From Candidatus Heimdallarchaeota archaeon (lineage in GTDB: Archaea; Asgardarchaeota; Heimdallarchaeia; Hodarchaeales; Hodarchaeaceae), in NCBI GenBank assembly GCA_048881705.1, contig JBHLSH010000040.1, forward strand, positions 1 to 34,288: a stretch of DNA of 34,288 nt. The letters are read 5' to 3'. How positions within the stretch are numbered: the stretch's first letter is position 1; each line of letters begins with the position of its first letter. A program made the position numbers and the translations under genes. Positions 16,906 to 24,522 of this stretch are shown piece after piece. Below the pieces are notes generated by a model. It saw only the letters and a list, made by a program, of their open reading frames with translations. It ran no database searches and was not told where the DNA came from.

Positions 16906-19716
16906 ATGAAAAGATCGTTTTCCAATATAAAAGCAAGATTCGACCCTGTTGTTTGGTACCACATGACTTCAATTTCGGATAAATCTCCCATCTTATGGCG
17001 CCAATACGACAATATCTTGGAAGACTTGGCTCAATCTCGCGATATTGAGACTGCGATCCAAGAACTAGAACAAATCGTCAAAGCCAATGATCCACAACCC
17101 CCTATCGATCTCCTCCTGGCCATAACCAAGATTTACCTTCGTTTTAAACGAGTATCCAAAGTAAAACGCACATACGCACGGATCCTCCAGTTGGATCCCG
17201 GTCATCGCCAAACTTGGAAACTCTTGTCAGAAATGTACTTCAAAGAAAAGGATGTCGAAAAAGGGCAATTCTGTATGCAAAAATATTACTCATTAGGGGG
17301 TGGAAATGCTCAGATATCCAGTACAACCAAAAAAAGGTTGACTAGCACAGGTCGATTGAAACGGCTTCCATCAGGCCAGCCACTAGGGTTAGTGAGTGGG
17401 CGGGCTGTCCACCAGCAGTCACCGCAGCAGACACTATCCAGCCAGGATTTTGAGACCCGTTTCAAACTTAATCCCTCTTCTCTTCCCCAGGCGCTTCGTC
17501 GAGTTTTAAACTTCGGTGAACATCAAATTGTGGATTACCGTTGTTATGATGCCCGTCCTGGAGAATTTGGGGACCCTGACCTGGATTTGATCTCTAATTC
17601 CGAACTTAAAGCTCATCTTTATGATAAAGGCATTATACGATTATTCAAGTTCCAAGAACAGGCATTTCGAGCCATTCTCAAAGGCGAGGATGTCTGCATC
17701 GTTGCACCAACCGGGAACGGGAAGACTGAGGCATTTATTCTCCCCACTTTGGTAAGTCTCCAAGAATATCAGGGTTATGGAGTACAAATGGTTATTATAT
17801 ACCCCCAAAAGGCGCTAGCTAAAGACCAGCTAAGAAAAATTGAAAATTTTGCATCCACTGTGGGTTTGTCAGTCAAAGTATTTGATGGCGATACTTCGCA
17901 CTATTGGCGGAAGAAGATCTACCAAGATCCGCCCGAAATTCTTATTACAAATCCTGATATATTACATTACCATCTTGGCATTGGCAAGAATGCCTCACGC
18001 TTTCAGAATCTCCTATCAGGCTTGAAAATCGTAGTTTTGGATGAAGTCCACACATTCTCAGGGACGTTCGGGAGTAATATGTTCTATATTCTACAACGCC
18101 TAGAGCGAGTGGTGGGGCAAGCCCTGCAATATATCTCGTCATCTGCCACCATGGCCAACGCCCAAGATTTTGTATCACGCCTCATTCAACGAAAAGCTAG
18201 GGTTATCGAGTGTAAGAATGGAAAAAGAGGTCGTTTCCACTTCCTGATGGTAGCTCCCTTCGAAGGGGTCAATACACTGGATTCTACCGTGAACTTAGTG
18301 AATACAATACGACAATATGGGAAGACATTGGTGTTTCAAGATTCTCATCGGAGGGTAGAGCAAATGTATCAGGCTTTGGGACGTTCATCTAAACGCGTTG
18401 GAATTCACCGAGCTGGCTTGAGTAAGAAAATGCGAGAAAATGTAGAAGCTGATTTTCGTGAGGGAAAACTTGAGGTTCTCGTCGCTACGCCCACCATGGA
18501 ACTGGGTGTAGACATTGGTGATCTCACCCACGTCATTACTCCCCCTATCTCAGTGAATCGTGCCATGCAGAGGTTTGGCAGGGCAGGTAGAAAGGGCCAG
18601 GAATCCCTCGCAATAGTTGTATTGAATGCGGACGATCCTATTTCCAATTATTATTATCAACATCCTGATCGATATTATCAAGACCTGGAAGGAGTGTTCT
18701 TTGATCCTGGAAACCCAGAAGTTCAAACACACCAATTATTGTGTGCGGCATTAGATCTCCCTATTAACGCGGATGAGTTTCCCTTATACCAACACGTCTT
18801 ACAGGAGTTGGTGACGAATCGACTCTTAGAGAAAATAGGGGATACTTATATACCAACGAAAGCAGGTACAAAACAAGCACACAAGTACTCAATCCGAGGA
18901 ATAGCTCATCAGATCACCATCAAAATTAGAGAGGGGCAGACCATTGGAAAAAGATCTCAACCCCAAGCTATGTTGGAACTTCATCCTGGGGCTATTTACT
19001 ACGCTGCTGGAAGACGTTACCAAGTAGCTAACTTTTGGTTTAACGGAACTCGGGGGGGAGCCGATTTAATCTCTCCCTCTCATAAATGGGGAACCACCAG
19101 TCCCCTGTATCGAATGAAGCCTAAAATCCTTGAGATACTCAATTTATCCAATATCTTCAAACTCGAAACCGCATTTGTGGAAACTAAGATTCTCCATAGT
19201 GTGTTTGGATACGTACTTCGAACTCCAGATCGGATTCAGGCTAAGAACTTGAAAGACCCTCTTTACTATACCACACAAGGGAAAGGGCTTCTATTCCATA
19301 TTCCCCAAGTTGGTATGGTAATGGAACGGCCAGCTTATGAAAAGGCGGCTCATACGGTGGTTCATACATTGCTACACGCAAGTCTCCCCTTCATCGGTGG
19401 GCAACTTCAAGATATCGGGGGTGTTTTACTCCTTCCGTTTGGATATATCCTTCTGTTCGACCAACCAACTGGCGCAGGAGTCTGTACTATGCTTCAAGGC
19501 CACCTTCCATCTTTGTTCGAACGAGCTCATGATCTCCTTGGATGTACTTGTAAAAATCCTATTGGTTGCCCGCGCTGCACATTTCTTCCTCGCTGTACGT
19601 CACAAAACACCAATCTAGATAAATATGGAGCACGAGCGATCCTTCATGGCATTCTCAATAATGTATCCATGCCGCTAGGAGACCTCTACGACCAATGCAC
19701 TCAAACGTTAATGTAA
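16906..19716 (+). CDS. SF2 DEAH-box helicase with C-terminal DUF1998 Zn domain (Hrq1/MrfA/SftH type) and N-terminal TPR extension
   Basis: Q motif (LFKFQEQA), APTGNGKT, DEVH, SSAT, HRAGL, TPTMELGVDIG, QRFGRAGR, YSIRG, ELHPGAIY and CTCKNPIGCPRC. TPR-like helices lie in about the first 130 aa. The start may be ATG 16963. Confidence 0.92.
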   Translation: MKRSFSNIKARFDPVVWYHMTSISDKSPILWRQYDNILEDLAQSRDIETAIQELEQIVKANDPQPPIDLLLAITKIYLRFKRVSKVKRTYARILQLDPGHRQTWKLLSEMYFKEKDVEKGQFCMQKYYSLGGGNAQISSTTKKRLTSTGRLKRLPSGQPLGLVSGRAVHQQSPQQTLSSQDFETRFKLNPSSLPQALRRVLNFGEHQIVDYRCYDARPGEFGDPDLDLISNSELKAHLYDKGIIRLFKFQEQAFRAILKGEDVCIVAPTGNGKTEAFILPTLVSLQEYQGYGVQMVIIYPQKALAKDQLRKIENFASTVGLSVKVFDGDTSHYWRKKIYQDPPEILITNPDILHYHLGIGKNASRFQNLLSGLKIVVLDEVHTFSGTFGSNMFYILQRLERVVGQALQYISSSATMANAQDFVSRLIQRKARVIECKNGKRGRFHFLMVAPFEGVNTLDSTVNLVNTIRQYGKTLVFQDSHRRVEQMYQALGRSSKRVGIHRAGLSKKMRENVEADFREGKLEVLVATPTMELGVDIGDLTHVITPPISVNRAMQRFGRAGRKGQESLAIVVLNADDPISNYYYQHPDRYYQDLEGVFFDPGNPEVQTHQLLCAALDLPINADEFPLYQHVLQELVTNRLLEKIGDTYIPTKAGTKQAHKYSIRGIAHQITIKIREGQTIGKRSQPQAMLELHPGAIYYAAGRRYQVANFWFNGTRGGADLISPSHKWGTTSPLYRMKPKILEILNLSNIFKLETAFVETKILHSVFGYVLRTPDRIQAKNLKDPLYYTTQGKGLLFHIPQVGMVMERPAYEKAAHTVVHTLLHASLPFIGGQLQDIGGVLLLPFGYILLFDQPTGAGVCTMLQGHLPSLFERAHDLLGCTCKNPIGCPRCTFLPRCTSQNTNLDKYGARAILHGILNNVSMPLGDLYDQCTQTLM

Positions 19717-19789
19717 CCTCAGAAATTTTTTCACTTCAAGTATAAATACTCTGCAAGTTATGGAGGACGGTTAATTATGAAAGGAATGC

Positions 19790-20902
19790 GTGATTATGCA
19801 GGTAAGTCGTAGCGTCCTCGTTGCCGTCATAGGCTTCCTCCTAGGCTGGCTTCTTACCCTTTACCTAAGTCTGCCGAGTCTTATCACTCTAATATTGGGT
19901 GGAATCGGTTACGTTATTGGCCTTTTCTTAGATTACGCGGATACCCAAAGTCAGATATCTACATTTCATTTTACAAATTTAAATGGTAACATCCAAGCAT
20001 ATCCCCTGCAAGATTCCCGTATCCATTATTCACCCATTGAAAACGTTACCAAGGTCTTGTTATTCTTTGAGGTCAAGCGAAAGCCTGAAAACTTTCGTTT
20101 GGGGGTTCTCAAGAATTTTGCAGATTTCGAGTACAGCATTTCGGAAGATGATTCCCGCACACTTCTCACCGTGTTTCTGGAGTACCCCGAGTATAACTAT
20201 CTCAGAGAACAAGGAAGCCTGCATCACGAGCGATTCCTGTTTGATATTGAGCAAAAGGGTACAGAGTTCATAGCGGCAGTTGATAAGATCATACCTGGAA
20301 CCATTTTACGACGAATATATTATCCATCTCAACAGGGGGCTGAAGAAGATTGGCATACTTATGGGAGTTCTCATGGTGATCATCCTTCCTCTGGTTCGGG
20401 AACTCCCGCAGCAAAACCTGGATCTTCTTTTCCTCCTACCGATACCCGTCCAGTCACTAACCCACCGACGCATTTGAATAATCTAATTTCCGTGATGGCC
20501 CAACCTGAAGATAGAACAGAAATGCCACCTTCTAATCTTTCCACCCCGAACTCTGTAAATGAATCCACTATCATGGACGACCTTCTTGGTGAACCATCTA
20601 CCCCGACACTTCCTCCTGAAGAGATCGCAAACCTTCAAGATTCAAATATCCGAGCGTTAGAGGCCTTCTTGAATGAGGAACTAAAGCATAACCAAGCCAG
20701 CGAAGATATTGAAGACAGTGTTACCTCTCAAAAACCTGAAATGGGAGAATTGTCTCCCCCACATCCTAACAACTTGGGAAAATCTTCTGAAATTGGTGAA
20801 GATATAACAATCCGTCCAAAGGATTCGAAACTATCTACATTCGATAAACAGATTATTGACAGGATCGATGGTTTTCCCAATCGCCCCCAACCGGAGGACT
20901 GA
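19790..20902 (+). CDS. Membrane protein: two N-terminal TM helices, alpha/beta domain, long Pro/Ser/acidic disordered tail
   Basis: Hydrophobic aa ~9-47 and a low-complexity C-terminal half. Own TATA (TATAAATA) at 19741-19748. Confidence 0.75.
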   Translation: MIMQVSRSVLVAVIGFLLGWLLTLYLSLPSLITLILGGIGYVIGLFLDYADTQSQISTFHFTNLNGNIQAYPLQDSRIHYSPIENVTKVLLFFEVKRKPENFRLGVLKNFADFEYSISEDDSRTLLTVFLEYPEYNYLREQGSLHHERFLFDIEQKGTEFIAAVDKIIPGTILRRIYYPSQQGAEEDWHTYGSSHGDHPSSGSGTPAAKPGSSFPPTDTRPVTNPPTHLNNLISVMAQPEDRTEMPPSNLSTPNSVNESTIMDDLLGEPSTPTLPPEEIANLQDSNIRALEAFLNEELKHNQASEDIEDSVTSQKPEMGELSPPHPNNLGKSSEIGEDITIRPKDSKLSTFDKQIIDRIDGFPNRPQPED

Positions 20903-20904
20903 CC

Positions 20905-21408
20905 TCAGTCTTTACGATAATTGTTACATTTCAAACATTGGAGAACTCCATTGATGAAAAACTGAGGTTTGAAACACCTAGAGCAATATATGAATAGGTG
21001 ATTCGACTCTAAGATTTGACCATTCTGTTTTTCCATAATAAGACGAAAAAGCGATTCTTTTTCGTACCGAGATAGGGGGACCTTTGAAAGCTGCCAAATT
21101 GCTTCCTGGGTGTTCCCGACCCGAAGAAGACTTTCAATCAACATGCGTATTACAGTGATATCAGTAGAAGGGAGGAGAGGATATAAATACTTAAGAGCGG
21201 ATCTTGAATTACCCCTTGCTAAATATAATTTGGCCAATTTGAGATTTACCGCAATTCGGAGCGAAGGGGCGTTTCTATACAGATACTGAAGCATTTCTAG
21301 GGCTTTATCCCATTCTGCCGTCTCAATATACTGATCAGCTAGGTTAAACCACTCCGCTTTTCTCTTATCTGTCTCACTGGCCACCTGAGTCTTTCGGCGA
21401 TAAGACAT
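20905..21408 (-). CDS. TPR-repeat protein with C-terminal Zn ribbon
   Basis: TPR-like helix pairs (AEWDKALEMLQ, LAKLYLARGNSRSALKYL, LLRVGNTQEA) and CSRC-x12-CLKC. Confidence 0.75.
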   Translation of the reverse strand: MSYRRKTQVASETDKRKAEWFNLADQYIETAEWDKALEMLQYLYRNAPSLRIAVNLKLAKLYLARGNSRSALKYLYPLLPSTDITVIRMLIESLLRVGNTQEAIWQLSKVPLSRYEKESLFRLIMEKQNGQILESNHLFIYCSRCFKPQFFINGVLQCLKCNNYRKD

Positions 21409-21429
21409 GAGTGCAATTCACCTTAATTC

Positions 21430-21939
21430 TTATCTTTGGTGATTCCGTTCCCATAATGGGGTTGTTTCGAAGCTTAAACTGGAACGATGGTTCATAAGTC
21501 GAAGGACTTCCTGGCGTACTCCAGGCCGTGGTTCCTGAAAACGAGCTAAGCGACGCACCTGGAGCAATCCAGTTGATGTTAAGGTTATCACTCCGATTCC
21601 CGCTTCTTTTGCCCATTTTAACTGTTGATCCTTTGTAAGGGTGTCCAAGTAGTCAAACTGGGACTCAGGACAGACAAGATAACAATAATCACAGAAAGGG
21701 CGGTACAATTGAGGATGTTGGATGTGGAACTGTGATTCGATTTCGAAAAAATGGATTGATGCATCAAGAGGATGGATACCAGCAAGATCTATTCTAACCT
21801 GACTCTGACCTACTAGATCTTCAAGATGGAGGTGTTTCGAAGTGATCTGAAGTTCTTGAAATGTTCGAAATTGCATTCTCTCTGCTAGGATGGAGTTTAA
21901 CCGTTGTGTTAACACTGATTCAGGGGGTGGAGATTCCAT
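21430..21939 (-). CDS. MmcB/DUF2161-like PD-(D/E)XK-fold protein
   Basis: RIDLAG...IHFFEIES...LYRPFCDYCYLVCP...GIGVITL matches the recalled MmcB-type layout. ExK reads EIE. Confidence 0.7.
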   Translation of the reverse strand: MESPPPESVLTQRLNSILAERMQFRTFQELQITSKHLHLEDLVGQSQVRIDLAGIHPLDASIHFFEIESQFHIQHPQLYRPFCDYCYLVCPESQFDYLDTLTKDQQLKWAKEAGIGVITLTSTGLLQVRRLARFQEPRPGVRQEVLRLMNHRSSLSFETTPLWERNHQR

Positions 21940-21970
21940 TCCAAGTCGTTTTACTCAGGCCAATTCTAGT

Positions 21971-21979
21971 CTTATATAG
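21971..21979. promoter_or_regulatory. Candidate bidirectional TATA box
   Basis: CTTATATAG sits in the middle of the 69-bp gap between divergent starts at 21939 (-) and 22009/22012 (+). It is TATA-like on both strands. Confidence 0.45.
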
Positions 21980-22008
21980 TAGAAAGTGGAGGGGATTTCA
22001 AATTTCTT

Positions 22009-22284
22009 TTGATGAATGATTTCACCTATTTAAATGGCGAGCAAGGACTAAAGAGTGAGAAATTACAGGATCAGCCGTCAATGCACCAACTTCCAGTTTC
22101 GGATTTGATCTCTAAAAGTCCTGTGTGTCAAATTTGTGAGGCCGGAATTACAAAATCCTGTCCCCTTCTACTGTACGATCAGCTGCCAGGCGTAATTCAG
22201 GTTAAAAACAATAAGATAGTGAGCTGTACTGCACAGCGTATATACCTAGGGTATCCCCATTCCTTCAAGAAAGAGGTGGTGTGA
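22009..22284 (+). CDS. Small Cys-rich (putative metal-binding) protein
   Basis: CxxC-x7-C-x21-C. Its 3' end carries the GAGGTG SD for the next gene, whose start lies 4 nt downstream. Confidence 0.5.
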   Translation: MMNDFTYLNGEQGLKSEKLQDQPSMHQLPVSDLISKSPVCQICEAGITKSCPLLLYDQLPGVIQVKNNKIVSCTAQRIYLGYPHSFKKEVV

Positions 22285-22288
22285 TCTC

Positions 22289-23749
22289 GTGACAACTCCT
22301 CAATCCGCATCCCAGGTTCCCTCCACTTCCCTCCTAAAGTTTGAACCTACAGTAACTGAACAAATGTTACTTCCGCAATTACAAGCATATAATCTTCTGA
22401 TCTTATACAATCGCCCTACGAGCTTATTCCGGATCTTAGCGTTCTTTTCTTTGTTTTACTGCAACCAGATGGAGGGACGGATCCTCATCCTTACAAAAAA
22501 GAGTTTTCAGAAGGAGCTACAGGTAGAACTCAAGAAACGGATCAAATTACATTCCTCTATCCTAAATGGGGCCATCCTACCCAATGCACGTAGAACTGAT
22601 TATGGGCAATTCCCCCTAATTGTCTCGACTCCGAGTACGACAAAGAATGACATTATGAACCACCTGGTTACCGTCGATCACTTTGGATTGATATTAATAG
22701 ATCATGCGGAAATGGGCGCTAGTTCTCGCACTCTACGCTGGCTTTGTTCCCAGTTCAACCACATTCGCCGCTGTGGATTTACCCAAATGACGGAAAGGGG
22801 ACGTTTGAAGCGTGCCCAACTGAATATGGGATTGAATCGAATTATTTCTTATGAACTGGCACCAAAGGGCCCAACACGCCCAAATCTACAGCACTACCCA
22901 ATTCCTCTACCTCAGGAATATCACTTCCTCCTTGATATTCTGAATGAAATTCGGAAATATGAACTGAAAGCCCTCCAGAATCTAGGGTTTCCCGTGTCAC
23001 CCAAAAGCTCACAACGGGAAATCGCTCTGCTTCATGATACATTGAAAACTGACCAGGCTCGCGCAAAGCTCGTGAAAACGGGTAATTTACTCAGAATAAT
23101 CAACCTCCAAAAAACAGTAGTTTCTAAAGGTTTTCCCGCCGCCCTCGACTACCTCCAAAGACTCGAGGATCAACTGTCTGTTGATCAAGACTTCTCGGGT
23201 AAACACGGACTTAATGAGTTCCTCTCAAACCCAAAAATAATGAAAATCAGGGATTTCCTTTTTACTTACAAGGATCTCATGCACCCAAAAATCCAGATGT
23301 TATTGAAGATTGTACGCGAAAATACAGGTCTAATATTGGTGATTACCCCCAATTTCGACATCGCAAGCTATATAACTTCTATTGTTCAGGCCCATGAGAT
23401 TCCCCTTTCCTATTTTTCAGACCCTCTTAGTAAGTACAGTGAAATTCAAATCAAACAACGCTTGGCAAAAATTAGTGGTTTCCAAACCCGGGTAGCTATT
23501 GCTAATACAGTGAATACGGTCTTAGCGGAGCGAGCCAAGATAATAATCGGATTTGAGGTATCGGCAGCCTTAATGGAACGCTTCGATAGGATCGAAGTAG
23601 AAATTCCTAGAATTTTTCTTATCGCAAAGCAAACCACTGAAGAGCAACGATTTTTTCAACTAAAAAACCTTGGTCGACCTCGAACTACACAAACCTCTGA
23701 CGTAATTGAGGGCGAATACCAGGGTAAGAACAAGAGTGATTCATCCTGA
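22289..23749 (+). CDS. Hef/FANCM/Mph1-like SF2 helicase homolog, predicted ATPase-dead, without ERCC4 nuclease
   Basis: Collinear with the recalled archaeal Hef sequence (IVSTPSTTKND, insertion domain PIPLP...KGFPAALDYLQRL, HPKIQML, FLIAKQTTEE). There is no GKT, DEAH reads DHAE at 22700-22711, and motif VI reads ERFDRIEV. Confidence 0.8.
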   Translation: MTTPQSASQVPSTSLLKFEPTVTEQMLLPQLQAYNLLILYNRPTSLFRILAFFSLFYCNQMEGRILILTKKSFQKELQVELKKRIKLHSSILNGAILPNARRTDYGQFPLIVSTPSTTKNDIMNHLVTVDHFGLILIDHAEMGASSRTLRWLCSQFNHIRRCGFTQMTERGRLKRAQLNMGLNRIISYELAPKGPTRPNLQHYPIPLPQEYHFLLDILNEIRKYELKALQNLGFPVSPKSSQREIALLHDTLKTDQARAKLVKTGNLLRIINLQKTVVSKGFPAALDYLQRLEDQLSVDQDFSGKHGLNEFLSNPKIMKIRDFLFTYKDLMHPKIQMLLKIVRENTGLILVITPNFDIASYITSIVQAHEIPLSYFSDPLSKYSEIQIKQRLAKISGFQTRVAIANTVNTVLAERAKIIIGFEVSAALMERFDRIEVEIPRIFLIAKQTTEEQRFFQLKNLGRPRTTQTSDVIEGEYQGKNKSDSS

Positions 23750-24522
23750 GATATCTCTCTTCATCGAACTTATTGGAATATATGACGTGCCCAAGGCAGT
23801 TCGCATATAGACGAATAGCCCACCTAAGTCTTGTTCATCCTCCCTCCCATATGTTTGCTATTCAGGCCCGGACTCATATTCGGCGCGTTACTACTGGTAT
23901 ATTATCCTTTATTTACGAAAAATTTGCCGCAGCTAAACAAATGGGCACAGATAACCTCCGTCACCTTATCGACCTCCATAACAACACATTACAGAGATAT
24001 TGGAACGGGAAGGGCGTTGAAACGTACATCTCTTACTTAGAGGAAGCGATTTATTCACTCATTGAGTATTTTCTAGATAAATTTTGTTTCACTTCCGACC
24101 AACGGGATATTCCTGTTTCCATTCCCATTATGCTCTATCAAATAATTGCATCTCCGGCATTGGGGTTAGTTGGACAACCCTCGGCCGTTTTTCAACATGC
24201 TGACGGTACGGTACTAGTATTGATTCAAAGTTGGCGAGACTCGCATAAGGATATGGAGAAGATGGGAGTCCAGGCAGCGATCTATAACCAGATTTTGACT
24301 TCAATGGGATTTCAGAACACAGAATTCTTCTATGTCAACTATCAGTCCTCAGAGATCGTTTATCGTTCAGTCACTCCCGATGATGTTACGCTTCTCGATC
24401 AAACGCTGTCAGACATTGAGGAACAGTACTTTGAGGGAGAATTTCCACGATCAGCGGCTCCACCTTGCGGATCCTGTGAGTATTTTTTACTATGCGAAAC
24501 TCGACAGAAGGTGATCTACTAA
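23746..24522 (+). CDS. AddB/RecB/Cas4-like PD-(D/E)XK Fe-S nuclease homolog, predicted catalytically dead
   Basis: YLSSSNLLEYMTCPRQFAY N-terminal motif, QAAIY, and CGSCEYFLLC (four-Cys iron staple). Motif II reads GQPS and motif III has no acidic residue or Lys. The first ATG/GTG/TTG is 23773, but the conserved motif begins upstream of it, so a CTG 23746 start is inferred. Confidence 0.78.
   Translation: MRYLSSSNLLEYMTCPRQFAYRRIAHLSLVHPPSHMFAIQARTHIRRVTTGILSFIYEKFAAAKQMGTDNLRHLIDLHNNTLQRYWNGKGVETYISYLEEAIYSLIEYFLDKFCFTSDQRDIPVSIPIMLYQIIASPALGLVGQPSAVFQHADGTVLVLIQSWRDSHKDMEKMGVQAAIYNQILTSMGFQNTEFFYVNYQSSEIVYRSVTPDDVTLLDQTLSDIEEQYFEGEFPRSAAPPCGSCEYFLLCETRQKVIY

Noticed and set aside
16819-16962. 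Long version of minus ORF 16621..16962
   Set aside because: It overlaps the helicase 5' end head-to-head and the candidate promoter, with no protein-like signal.
23746-24522. Cas4-like protein as a sign of a CRISPR-Cas locus
   Set aside because: No repeat-spacer array, cas1/cas2 or other cas genes occur in the window, and the catalytic residues are missing.
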